A stretch of 40,769 nt of DNA from a virus (Duplodnaviria; Caudoviricetes), in the IMG/VR virus record IMGVR_UViG_3300037797_000045, positions 1 through 40,769 of that record. One strand, given 5' to 3'. A program made the position numbers and the translations under genes. The notes beneath the pieces were generated by a model. It had not been told where the DNA came from. It saw only the letters and a program-made list of their open reading frames with translations, and did no database searches. Numbering within the stretch: the stretch's first letter is position 1; each line of letters opens with the position of its first letter. Below, one piece after another: positions 1-7,359 of this stretch.

Positions 1-39
1 ACCGAGGCATGAGATTGGCTGCTAGCCTAGCGACACCCC

Positions 40-68
40 TCGCTACCACAGCCTAGGGCGCGGGGCAA
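40..68 (-). promoter_or_regulatory. Putative sigma70-type promoter firing leftward across the window start
   Basis: Minus strand reads TTGCCC-N17-TAGCGA with TG extended -10. Same -10 hexamer as the promoters at 23972-24000 and 40232-40260. Confidence 0.45.
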
Positions 69-116
69 CTCTTTCCATTTCGGAAACAGTTCAACCTGTG
101 CAAAAATTGCACTAGT

Positions 117-407
117 TCAAGGCGCCGGGCAATCCAGTCCTTCTGCCCCGTTCTCGACGGCCCATCGACATATCCGCCCGATTTGAAGCCAGCCCCGCTC
201 GCCCCAGCCCTCCAAGGCTATATCGTGCTCGGCAGCGGCTTGCGCGCTCGTCACGATCTCGGGCGGCGGGACCGGCTTGGGCTCAACGCGAAGGTCCGCA
301 GACGGCGGGAAGATCGGCTGGACTTGTACCGTTGGCGCGCAGGCGAGCGCACCCCAACTGAACGCGCACAGCATCGGGAGCAGAATCAGGCGTCGAAGCG
401 ATGGCAT
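117..407 (-). CDS. Outer-membrane spanin (Rz1-like lipoprotein)
   Basis: Signal peptide with lipobox (GALA-C), Pro-rich mature part, overlaps the 3' end of the i-spanin, last gene of the lysis cassette. Confidence 0.75.
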   Translation of the reverse strand: MPSLRRLILLPMLCAFSWGALACAPTVQVQPIFPPSADLRVEPKPVPPPEIVTSAQAAAEHDIALEGWGERGWLQIGRICRWAVENGAEGLDCPAP

Positions 408-669
408 CTCTCAATTCCTCTTCCTGGCGGTTGACGGCGATTGTGTCTGTGATACGCTGATCGGCCGCGAGCGCGTCGGCGCGGGCCTTCTGCGTCAGAA
501 AGCGGGTGTTCGCCTGTTCGATGGCGAGCTGCATCTGAGCCCGGCCGGCGCTCTTGCCCTCGCAGTAGGCGAGCGGCGTGGTGATAGCCGCCACTATCAG
601 GGCGACGACAACGATCCTCGCCCATTCGACGAGGCTTGCGGGCAAAAGCATTGTAAACGGGAAGGCCAT
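283..669 (-). CDS. Inner-membrane spanin (Rz-like)
   Basis: N-terminal TM helix then helical/coiled-coil region with a C-terminal Cys pair. AAGGAG RBS. Overlapped by the lipoprotein gene. Confidence 0.75.
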   Translation of the reverse strand: MAFPFTMLLPASLVEWARIVVVALIVAAITTPLAYCEGKSAGRAQMQLAIEQANTRFLTQKARADALAADQRITDTIAVNRQEEELRDAIASTPDSAPDAVRVQLGCARLRANGTSPADLPAVCGPSR

Positions 670-679
670 CGTCTATGCT
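651..679 (+). promoter_or_regulatory. Sigma70-type promoter for ncRNA copy A
   Basis: TTGTAA-N17-TATGCT, 7 nt upstream of the RNA closing stem. Confidence 0.65.
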
Positions 680-686
680 CCTTCAC

Positions 687-838
687 GGTTGCGGCGGCCC
701 AAGCGGGCTGACGACGATGGGGCACCCGGCCTAGAGCCGGGAGAGCCGGTGGAAGTCCGGGCAGGCAGCGAGAGCCAGGGGCCTGAAAGCCCGAGCCCAT
801 CCCGACCGCCAAGCTGGAGTCGCGCCCAGCCCGCAACC
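687..838 (+). ncRNA. tRNA-shaped C4-like ncRNA, copy A
   Basis: Closing stem GGTTGCGG 687-694 / CCGCAACC 831-838. 5' hairpin CGGCCC-AAGC-GGGCTG. Central arm GATGGG/CCCATC enclosing several hairpins. 3' hairpin GCTGG-AGTCGCGC-CCAGC stacked on the closing stem. Confidence 0.6.
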
Positions 839-858
839 ATCATCTCACCTCTCCCGGC

Positions 859-887
859 TTGTCAGTAGTGCGAGCATCGTCTATACT
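859..887 (+). promoter_or_regulatory. Sigma70-type promoter for ncRNA copy B
   Basis: TTGTCA-N17-TATACT (near consensus), 6 nt upstream of the RNA closing stem. Confidence 0.75.
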
Positions 888-893
888 CCTTGG

Positions 894-1019
894 GCTGTGG
901 CGGCGGCGTGGAAAGTGCCAGACACGCGCGGCTCGGGGCTACTGTCAGACCGGTCGGCAGAGCGCGGAGGCAAGCCCCCTCGTAGAGTCCTCAGCCGGTT
1001 GGCCCCGGCCCGTCACAGC
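894..1019 (+). ncRNA. tRNA-shaped C4-like ncRNA, copy B
   Basis: 10-bp closing stem GCTGTGGCGG / CCGTCACAGC, CG linker, GCGTG-GAAAGTGCCAGA-CACGC hairpin, central arm (GGCTC/GAGTC, GGGGCT/AGCCCC), 3' hairpin GCCGG-TTGGCC-CCGGC. Confidence 0.7.
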
Positions 1020-1096
1020 GCCCTCACCGGATAGAACCTCACCGCCATAACTGCCGCGCAATAGGCGATGACGACAAAGGCGGCGGCGTGCTTCAT
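1013..1096 (-). CDS. Possible 27-aa hydrophobic peptide
   Basis: MKHAAAFVVIAYCAAVMAVRFYPVRAL, with ATGA overlap on the holin stop. Confidence 0.3.
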   Translation of the reverse strand: MKHAAAFVVIAYCAAVMAVRFYPVRAL

Positions 1097-1386
1097 GCCA
1101 CGCCCATCCGCTTTTCGGCCGTGCGGACGCCGTAGAGAGCACCGACAAAGGCCAGCGTGATAATCCTGGTGGCGTCCGGCATCGGCTTGCTCAGCAGATC
1201 GCACAGCCCCAGCGCCCAGAGCCCGCCGAACACGCCGACCCAATCGAGCGTCGGGCGCGCAAGGCGGGAGTAAACCTGATACCAGACGCGTGTTCGAACC
1301 GAGCTGTCGGGCAGCGGGATCGAGGCCGGGATCGGGCGGCCCGCATCTGCGGTGACGGCCTTGGTCGGCTGCTTGCGCGCGGTCAT
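1093..1386 (-). CDS. Putative holin (resembles GTA-type 3TM holin family)
   Basis: 97 aa, RP..W followed by TM segments and C-terminal G.RT.EK. ATGA-coupled to the endolysin. Confidence 0.65.
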   Translation of the reverse strand: MTARKQPTKAVTADAGRPIPASIPLPDSSVRTRVWYQVYSRLARPTLDWVGVFGGLWALGLCDLLSKPMPDATRIITLAFVGALYGVRTAEKRMGVA

Positions 1387-2216
1387 CGCGCCGCCTCCGC
1401 CAGCTTGACGTGATAATTGTTCTTTCGGAATCCGCTCCCGTTGTAGGCACGCACGAATGGCACACAGCTTTCGGGATCGCCGGCCTTGCACGCCCTTAAC
1501 TCGTCAACCAGCCCGTTGACCTTCACGAAGCGCACGAAGCTGTCGAGGTGCGCCGCTTCGCTGAATGTGAGCGCCAGCGCCATGTCGAACGCAGAACGGT
1601 AGTCGAGACTGACGGCATTCTCTCCCAGCACTTGGAACGCGCCCCACGAACAGGCTTTGAAGGCGGCGTCCTGATCGAGCCGACAGGCGGCGGCGAGCTT
1701 GCCGTACTGTGCCGAATGAGGGCCGTAGGTTCCGGGCTGCCACGAAGCCGCCGACAGCGCCGGATGCGAGCCGTTGAACCGCCCTGCGCTGTTGCGGGCG
1801 AAAACGTGCTTTTCGTAGAGGATCGACGGCCGCCCCTTGTCATCGAACGGGCCGCGCGGGGCTTCCACCTTCCGCACCGCCTTGATGAGCTTGACCGGGA
1901 CGCCCAGCTCGGCCGCCACGGCTTCGAAGTCCGCATCCGTCAGTGCCGGGGCATTGCGATTGCCGAGCATCGCCGTCAGGTCGTCCTCGCTGCGGATTTG
2001 CCCCCCTACCGCCGCAGGATCGCCACCAGCGCCCGCTGCGGCATCCGCGCCTGTGCCCAGCCCTTGGCCCGGCGGCGGGGCTGTGGCGGGCTCCCTAGGC
2101 ACGCCGAGCAAGTCGAGATGGCGGTCCATACCTTCGCGCAACTCACGGTTGTTCCAGCCGGGAGTTTTCAGATACGGCCCTAGAAAGGCGTAGATGGGGC
2201 GGCGTGGATCACTCAC
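1383..2216 (-). CDS. Endolysin, N-acetylmuramidase (DUF3380-type)
   Basis: Motifs VEA..G.F, ILYEKHVF, SWGAFQVLGEN, YNG. Located in the lysis cassette. Confidence 0.9.
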   Translation of the reverse strand: MSDPRRPIYAFLGPYLKTPGWNNRELREGMDRHLDLLGVPREPATAPPPGQGLGTGADAAAGAGGDPAAVGGQIRSEDDLTAMLGNRNAPALTDADFEAVAAELGVPVKLIKAVRKVEAPRGPFDDKGRPSILYEKHVFARNSAGRFNGSHPALSAASWQPGTYGPHSAQYGKLAAACRLDQDAAFKACSWGAFQVLGENAVSLDYRSAFDMALALTFSEAAHLDSFVRFVKVNGLVDELRACKAGDPESCVPFVRAYNGSGFRKNNYHVKLAEAAR

Positions 2217-2617
2217 GGCTTCTTCCCCTTGTCCTCGATCTCGCGGGCCTGCCGATCGGCGGCGACCACCTCTGCCGCGCGCTGTCTCACCTCGCCCTGC
2301 CCCTGCATGATGGCCCCCAACCGCAACCGCTCGCTACGTTCAACGGCAAGCTGGTCGCGAACCTCCTGAAGCTCGCGCCGGCATTCTTCTTTCTCGATCT
2401 CCAAGACACCGCACCGCTCCTCAAGGCGCTGCATCCGAGCGTCCATCCGCTCCAGCTCATTCGTCCGAATGTCCGCCCTGTCGCGGCGGGCCTCGTTGAC
2501 CTTCGCCATGATCGCCGGCCATGATCGAACAAGGGTGACGATGAGCGTGGCGGCAATAACGCCGAGCGGCCCGCCGATGAGAACTGCTGCAAGGTTCCAG
2601 GGGCTGCCATCATCCAT
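2213..2617 (-). CDS. Single-TM coiled-coil protein (holin/antiholin-like lysis accessory)
   Basis: N-terminal TM and long charged coiled coil, directly upstream of the endolysin. Confidence 0.6.
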   Translation of the reverse strand: MDDGSPWNLAAVLIGGPLGVIAATLIVTLVRSWPAIMAKVNEARRDRADIRTNELERMDARMQRLEERCGVLEIEKEECRRELQEVRDQLAVERSERLRLGAIMQGQGEVRQRAAEVVAADRQAREIEDKGKKP

Positions 2618-3122
2618 AACCTCGCCACTCCCCCGCCCATGCGAACTCGAAACCGGACGAGGGGGTGTCCGGCGGCTTCGCCGCCTTGGCCGGGCGGCAG
2701 GTGCGGTAAACGTGGAAAGCCTCGCCGCCGGCCGCGATGAACTGTGCCAGCGAGAGGAAATACAGCGCCCACCAGCGGGAGAAATCGCTCAGCGGCAGGG
2801 AGTAGGCGGCCCAGCACAGCGGGAAGGCGGCGATAACGATCCGATCCCAGATCGAGCGTTCGAACCACATGGACCGAAGCTGGTGGCCCATGTTCCGATA
2901 GGGCCAACAATCATAGGCCGGCGGCTTGCAGTAGATGATCGTCAGCACGGCAAGGTCGATGAAGACGAACAGGTGGATAGGCCACACGACGCCAGAGATT
3001 GCATAGGCGCTCTGAACGAAGACGTAGGAGATGACGAGCCCGGCGGCTGTCGCGTTGTAGCGCGCGGCAGGAACGCCGGCGATAACCACCACGGCCGCGA
3101 ACAGAAGCTCCGGGCCGGTCAT
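2610..3122 (-). CDS. Polytopic membrane protein, function unknown
   Basis: 170 aa with about 5 hydrophobic segments. TAATG-coupled to the upstream peptide gene. Confidence 0.7.
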   Translation of the reverse strand: MTGPELLFAAVVVIAGVPAARYNATAAGLVISYVFVQSAYAISGVVWPIHLFVFIDLAVLTIIYCKPPAYDCWPYRNMGHQLRSMWFERSIWDRIVIAAFPLCWAAYSLPLSDFSRWWALYFLSLAQFIAAGGEAFHVYRTCRPAKAAKPPDTPSSGFEFAWAGEWRGYG

Positions 3123-3280
3123 TACTCAGGAACGCCTGGTCCGCCGGGGGGCGGTGGCGGAGGCGGGGGCGGGCCGGGCGGGGGCGCTATGCCGCCGTCG
3201 AGCGGTTCGGGCTTGCCGATCTCGACGCCGCGCTTCCGCAGCTCGTCCAGCTCTTCCTGCGTGGGCTTGCGTTCGTTCAT
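3122..3280 (-). CDS. 52-aa polyproline peptide
   Basis: AAGGAG RBS. MNERKPTQEELDELRKRGVEIGKPEPLDGGIAPPPGPPPPPPPPPGGPGVPE. The Pro run uses mixed codons. Below the ORF-track cut-off. Confidence 0.7.
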   Translation of the reverse strand: MNERKPTQEELDELRKRGVEIGKPEPLDGGIAPPPGPPPPPPPPPGGPGVPE

Positions 3281-3327
3281 GGCACTGCTCCTTGATTGGA
3301 TGGGGGGAGAGGTGGTATTTGGGGGCG

Positions 3328-3717
3328 GTGGAAACGCAGGCTCGTCTCGACGCGGCTATGGCCAGGATGGCCGCCGGCCGCTCCGTGCTAGTTCAGGCTT
3401 CGCAGGCAGGGCCGCCGTGCATTCAGTGCGTCCATTATGCCGACCCTCATTGCGCCCATCCGGTGCACAATCGAGTGACCTATAGCCCGGTTGACGGGTC
3501 CCTGAATGTTTCGATCACCGTCCCCGCCGAGACCGCGCGCGACCCCGAGGGGCTGTGCGGCTTCGAGGCTGTGATGTTCGAACCGAGAGCGGGCCTCGTT
3601 CACCTGATTCGCGCCAACTTATCTGCGATCAAGAAATACCTCTGGCTGGCGTGGGCGTGGTTCGTATCCGCCAGCCTGTTCGGGATGATCCTGTGGGCCT
3701 TGCTACTCTCGCCCTGA
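3328..3717 (+). CDS. Moron-like Cys/His-motif protein with C-terminal TM helix
   Basis: Only credible plus-strand gene in the late block. CIQC..HC.H..C and a hydrophobic C-terminus. GTG start inferred just after TTGATT-N18-TATTTG. Confidence 0.6.
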   Translation: METQARLDAAMARMAAGRSVLVQASQAGPPCIQCVHYADPHCAHPVHNRVTYSPVDGSLNVSITVPAETARDPEGLCGFEAVMFEPRAGLVHLIRANLSAIKKYLWLAWAWFVSASLFGMILWALLLSP

Positions 3718-6204
3718 GCCATAGCTGACCAAAGGCGCCCCCGTCATCCCGCCGAAGCGCGCATTGTCGCGAATGCGGCGGCCGAAGTTCTGGCGTGGCG
3801 CGAATATGCCGGTGAGGAGGTTCCGCGCGCCGGGGGCGTAGGCGCCTCCGGTCATGCCGAGCAGCGCCAGCGTGGCAGGGTCCAGCATCGCGCCGCCGGT
3901 CGCCGCCGCGTTCACGCCAACCATGTTTGCCATCCGCGCGGGAGTGCCGGAATCGGGGATGGTGTCGGACAGCGAACGCCCCTGCTCGGCGAGGTTGCTG
4001 TTCAGGGACCGGCCGGAGATATATTCCCGCCCCCTGATGCCGTTCGACATATTCTGAACCGCCGCGTCATATTGAGCCGGGGAGAACTCGCCCATTTCCC
4101 CGCCCCGGCGACGGGCGGCGTCCTCGATCCGAACGAGACGCGCATAGCCGGCGTCTGCCGCGTCCAGCGCCGCCACCGCCTCGGCTGGGCTGTGCCGACG
4201 CGCGCCGCGGTCCAGCGCGGCCTGCATGTCCTGCAACGCCGACGCCAGTTCTCCATCGCCCGACTGATTGCCGCGAATGCGCCGGATGTGGCGCCCTACC
4301 TCACTGACGGCGCGCTTGTAATCGTCGCCGCTCAATTCTCCGCCGCGCATCCGCCGCACGACCGAGCTACGCCATACCCGATCGAACACCCTCTGACTTT
4401 CCGGCCGGAGGTTGCCGGCGGTCTGCTGGAGCGCCCCCAGCTCGGCAGTGAACTCGCCGTCGAGCCGGAACGTCATGCCGCTGCGCGCCGAGTCATAGAC
4501 ACGATCGAACTCCCGCTGAGCAAAAGCGTGCGCCTGCGGCCCGCTCCGCACGTTGCGTGGGAGTTGGCTTCCGATCTGCTCCAGAGCATCGTTGAACAGC
4601 CCGGTCTGGAACTGCTGCCGGGCTCGGTTGCGGGTGCCGCGGATCGCGTCGCCGACCAGCGGCACGTCCTGAAGGCGCTGCTCGATCCCGTTGACAACGC
4701 CGCCGAACCGCTGCCCCGGCGATGGACGGACGCCCATCGCGTAGAGGTCCGGGATATTCCCACCACTCGGCGCCAACGCCCTGCCGGCGGTCCGCATTGC
4801 TCCACGCCCGCCAGCGCCGCCGATCACATTCTCGGCGATGCCCGAAAGCGGGTCGGCATTCTCGCCCATGCCCTGCAAACCGCCATAAGCGGCATCACCA
4901 GCAACGGCGCGGGGGGTAAGGGCGCGGAACTGTCCCGGCGTTTGCAGGAACGATGCCAGCCGGGGAGCGCGTTCGGCAAGCCCGCGCCCCACCGCGCTCG
5001 CGGTAGCGCCGCCAGCCCCGTAAGTGAGCGCCGCCCCTCCAACATCGCCCAAAAGCGCCGACATCGGGTTTTCGCGGCGCGTTGCATCGAGGCCGAGCCT
5101 GATCTGCTCACTATCCCCGCCGAGTGCCTGCCCCCACAGCGGCATGGTGCCCGCCGTGGCGGCGTTGCCAGCATGGGCGACGGCCGTGCCTGGCGGCGAG
5201 GCTGCCGCGCCAGCTACCATCCCGGCGAGCGGGTCCATCTGGACGTTGAGTGTTTCGTCGCGGAACCGTACCGCCTCGTTCGGACGCTGGCGCCTCCATT
5301 CGCGCCATTGTGGCGTGCGGCGGTACTGAAGCACTTCGTCGATCGACTGCGGCGAGATACCCTGCTCGATGGCGTATCGGCGCACCGCAGCATCGGCGAC
5401 GCCGCCCTTCAACATGCTGCTGAGCCTTGTGCGAATCTGCTCGCTCATCGCCTGCTGAGCCGGGTCGATCTGCTGGTCGCCGCGGCTCAGTTCGGTCCTG
5501 CCGCCTTGCCCCGCCGCCGTGACCTGCTGCGTGGTGGTGTCCATGCGGTCGCTAGACGGCGCGGCAGGGGGCGGCGCTTCGACGCCGAGCTGAGTACGGA
5601 GCGAATTGCGCTGCGTTTCCAGCATCTCGCGGAGGCTTCGCAGCTTGTCCTCGATCTGCGCGTCGGTGTCAGTTGGGTTGGGGAGATAGGGGCCGAACCG
5701 CATCTCCAATTCGTGAGGGGTGTTGGCCTGCTGCGACGTGATCCCCATCGCCTGCGCGATGTAACCGAGCAGGCGTCGGGAAGAGGAAGAGAAGCGTGGA
5801 TTGGCTTGGCGGATGCCGCCGAGATAGCCGGCAACATTCCTGCCGCCGCCCATGCCGAGGATGCCGGCCCGGTCGCCCTGAAAACTCTCTTGATAGATAC
5901 CCTCAAGCTCGTTCAGGCCCTGCTCGAAGCCGTCCATTGCCGTCAGCCGCCCCGACAGCGCCGCGCGCTGCTGCTCGCTAAGCGGCGTTGGCGGGGTCGG
6001 GTTTGCAATCTGCTGGCGCATGCGCTGCTGGCGCAATTCTTCCGTCTCAACCTGTTGCTGGTTCAGCGCCCGCTGCTCCGGATAAAGCGGCGTTGGCTCG
6101 CGCTCCGGCCCCTGGATACGGGGGCGGCGCATCGGCTGCTGTGGCGGCTGTTGCGGGGGCTGCTGCCCGGCCATCGGAATGTCGTCGAAGAGGTTCTGAA
6201 ACAC
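3703..6204 (-). CDS. Large internal virion / DNA ejection protein
   Basis: 833 aa, Gly/Ala/Gln/Arg-rich. Last of three consecutive ORFs in the podovirus ejection-protein position. Confidence 0.65.
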   Translation of the reverse strand: MFQNLFDDIPMAGQQPPQQPPQQPMRRPRIQGPEREPTPLYPEQRALNQQQVETEELRQQRMRQQIANPTPPTPLSEQQRAALSGRLTAMDGFEQGLNELEGIYQESFQGDRAGILGMGGGRNVAGYLGGIRQANPRFSSSSRRLLGYIAQAMGITSQQANTPHELEMRFGPYLPNPTDTDAQIEDKLRSLREMLETQRNSLRTQLGVEAPPPAAPSSDRMDTTTQQVTAAGQGGRTELSRGDQQIDPAQQAMSEQIRTRLSSMLKGGVADAAVRRYAIEQGISPQSIDEVLQYRRTPQWREWRRQRPNEAVRFRDETLNVQMDPLAGMVAGAAASPPGTAVAHAGNAATAGTMPLWGQALGGDSEQIRLGLDATRRENPMSALLGDVGGAALTYGAGGATASAVGRGLAERAPRLASFLQTPGQFRALTPRAVAGDAAYGGLQGMGENADPLSGIAENVIGGAGGRGAMRTAGRALAPSGGNIPDLYAMGVRPSPGQRFGGVVNGIEQRLQDVPLVGDAIRGTRNRARQQFQTGLFNDALEQIGSQLPRNVRSGPQAHAFAQREFDRVYDSARSGMTFRLDGEFTAELGALQQTAGNLRPESQRVFDRVWRSSVVRRMRGGELSGDDYKRAVSEVGRHIRRIRGNQSGDGELASALQDMQAALDRGARRHSPAEAVAALDAADAGYARLVRIEDAARRRGGEMGEFSPAQYDAAVQNMSNGIRGREYISGRSLNSNLAEQGRSLSDTIPDSGTPARMANMVGVNAAATGGAMLDPATLALLGMTGGAYAPGARNLLTGIFAPRQNFGRRIRDNARFGGMTGAPLVSYGSGRE

Positions 6205-7349
6205 TAGCGCCCCCCTATGGGATAGCGGCGGCGGGAGCCCGAAACGTCGGGCGCCCCGCCCCAGCCGGGGAAGGTGACGTGGACGGAATTGCCGTTGCTT
6301 GGGATTGCCCGCGCGCCGGGAAACTGCTGCTGAATCTGCGCGATGAACTGCTGTTTCGTCATGCCACGCGGCGTCGGCCAGTCCACGCCGTCCCCGCGCT
6401 GGTGGGAGCCATAGCGAGTGCTGGTCAAGCCCTGCCTTACGAGGTCCGCTTGGTGGCCCGGCGTCCTGTAACCGCTGGTCGGCCTGACGCCGAAGCTCGA
6501 CTGGATCGCGGAGACCGGATCGAAGCCGGCGTCAAAAGGGGCCGGGGCTCCGCTGCCCGCGCCTCCCTGGCCAAGCAATTGCTGACGGCGGCGGTTGACC
6601 ATTGCCGGATCGCGGCCCGCGCGGATCGCCTCATCGGCCTGCCGGTTGATCTCGTCGGCGGTCATGCCGGGGGGAGCGCCCTGCGGAGCCTGTTGCCGCC
6701 CGCCCGTGACTTCCTCCCCCGTGTAGGAGTTGAACACCGCCGCTTCGCCGCCGGGCTGCAAGGGGACGATCTGATGCCCCGGGCGGCGCAGAACCGGCTC
6801 GCCAGCGCCGCCGGGAACGTCAAACACGCTGCCCTGATATTCGTGGCGGGACGGGGCCATATCGTAAGTCGGGGCTTGCCCCGGACCGCGCCCTGCCCGG
6901 CGCACACTCCCACCCCCTGAGCCGAACTGGCGGTCCTGGTACATATCGCGCAACAGCCCGGAAATGTCCTGCGGGCTCATCCCCTGAATGACGGACTTGT
7001 CGAAGCCCTCGGCTTCCAGCGCCTGCGCGGCCTGCGCGCGAAGCTGTGCATCGGCCTCCGCTTCCGCCTGTGCCTGTTCCTGCCGTGCGCGGAGCTGGCG
7101 CTGCTGTGCGCCCATCGTCGCAGCCGCCCCATAATCCCCCGCCATCAACGCCTGAGACATTGCGATGCTGGATGGGTCGAACGCGCGCTGGAGTCCGCGG
7201 CCAAGCCCGCCGAGAAAGCCGCCGCCACCCCCGCTCTTAGGGGCGGCGGCGGGAGCCTGCTGCGGTTGCTGCGGCATCCGGCCGGGCTGTCCGAATATGG
7301 CCGCGAACAACGACTCTTGGGCTGGGGAGAGGCCGGAGAGGAAGCTCAT
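6204..7349 (-). CDS. Ejection protein with C-terminal M15-type peptidoglycan peptidase domain
   Basis: TSGYRT..HQ..L, GSHQRGDGVD (SxHxxGxAxD-like) and downstream SVHV motifs. Confidence 0.65.
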   Translation of the reverse strand: MSFLSGLSPAQESLFAAIFGQPGRMPQQPQQAPAAAPKSGGGGGFLGGLGRGLQRAFDPSSIAMSQALMAGDYGAAATMGAQQRQLRARQEQAQAEAEADAQLRAQAAQALEAEGFDKSVIQGMSPQDISGLLRDMYQDRQFGSGGGSVRRAGRGPGQAPTYDMAPSRHEYQGSVFDVPGGAGEPVLRRPGHQIVPLQPGGEAAVFNSYTGEEVTGGRQQAPQGAPPGMTADEINRQADEAIRAGRDPAMVNRRRQQLLGQGGAGSGAPAPFDAGFDPVSAIQSSFGVRPTSGYRTPGHQADLVRQGLTSTRYGSHQRGDGVDWPTPRGMTKQQFIAQIQQQFPGARAIPSNGNSVHVTFPGWGGAPDVSGSRRRYPIGGR

Positions 7350-7359
7350 TCAGCCCTCC

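Noticed and set aside
98-112. Palindrome GTGCAA-AAA-TTGCAC as an extra CI operator
   Set aside because: Spacing is TGC-N7-GCA rather than the N5 at OR/OL. It may bind another factor but nothing supports that.
739-785. Cobalamin-riboswitch-like words (GGGAGAGCCGGTGGAAGTCCGG, GAGCCAGGGGCCTG)
   Set aside because: The CCCGCAAC-type element is in the wrong order, no B12-related gene follows, and the segment is nested within the C4-like scaffold.
673-843. Short minus-strand ORF (MMVAGWARLQ...) between the ncRNA promoters
   Set aside because: Low-complexity Gly/Ser/Pro/Arg translation exactly antisense to ncRNA copy A.
4072-6207. 711-aa plus-strand ORF (likewise 10858-12459, 17783-20041, 9258-10412)
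   Set aside because: These are antisense shadows of well-supported minus-strand virion genes in GC-rich DNA and carry no recognisable motifs.
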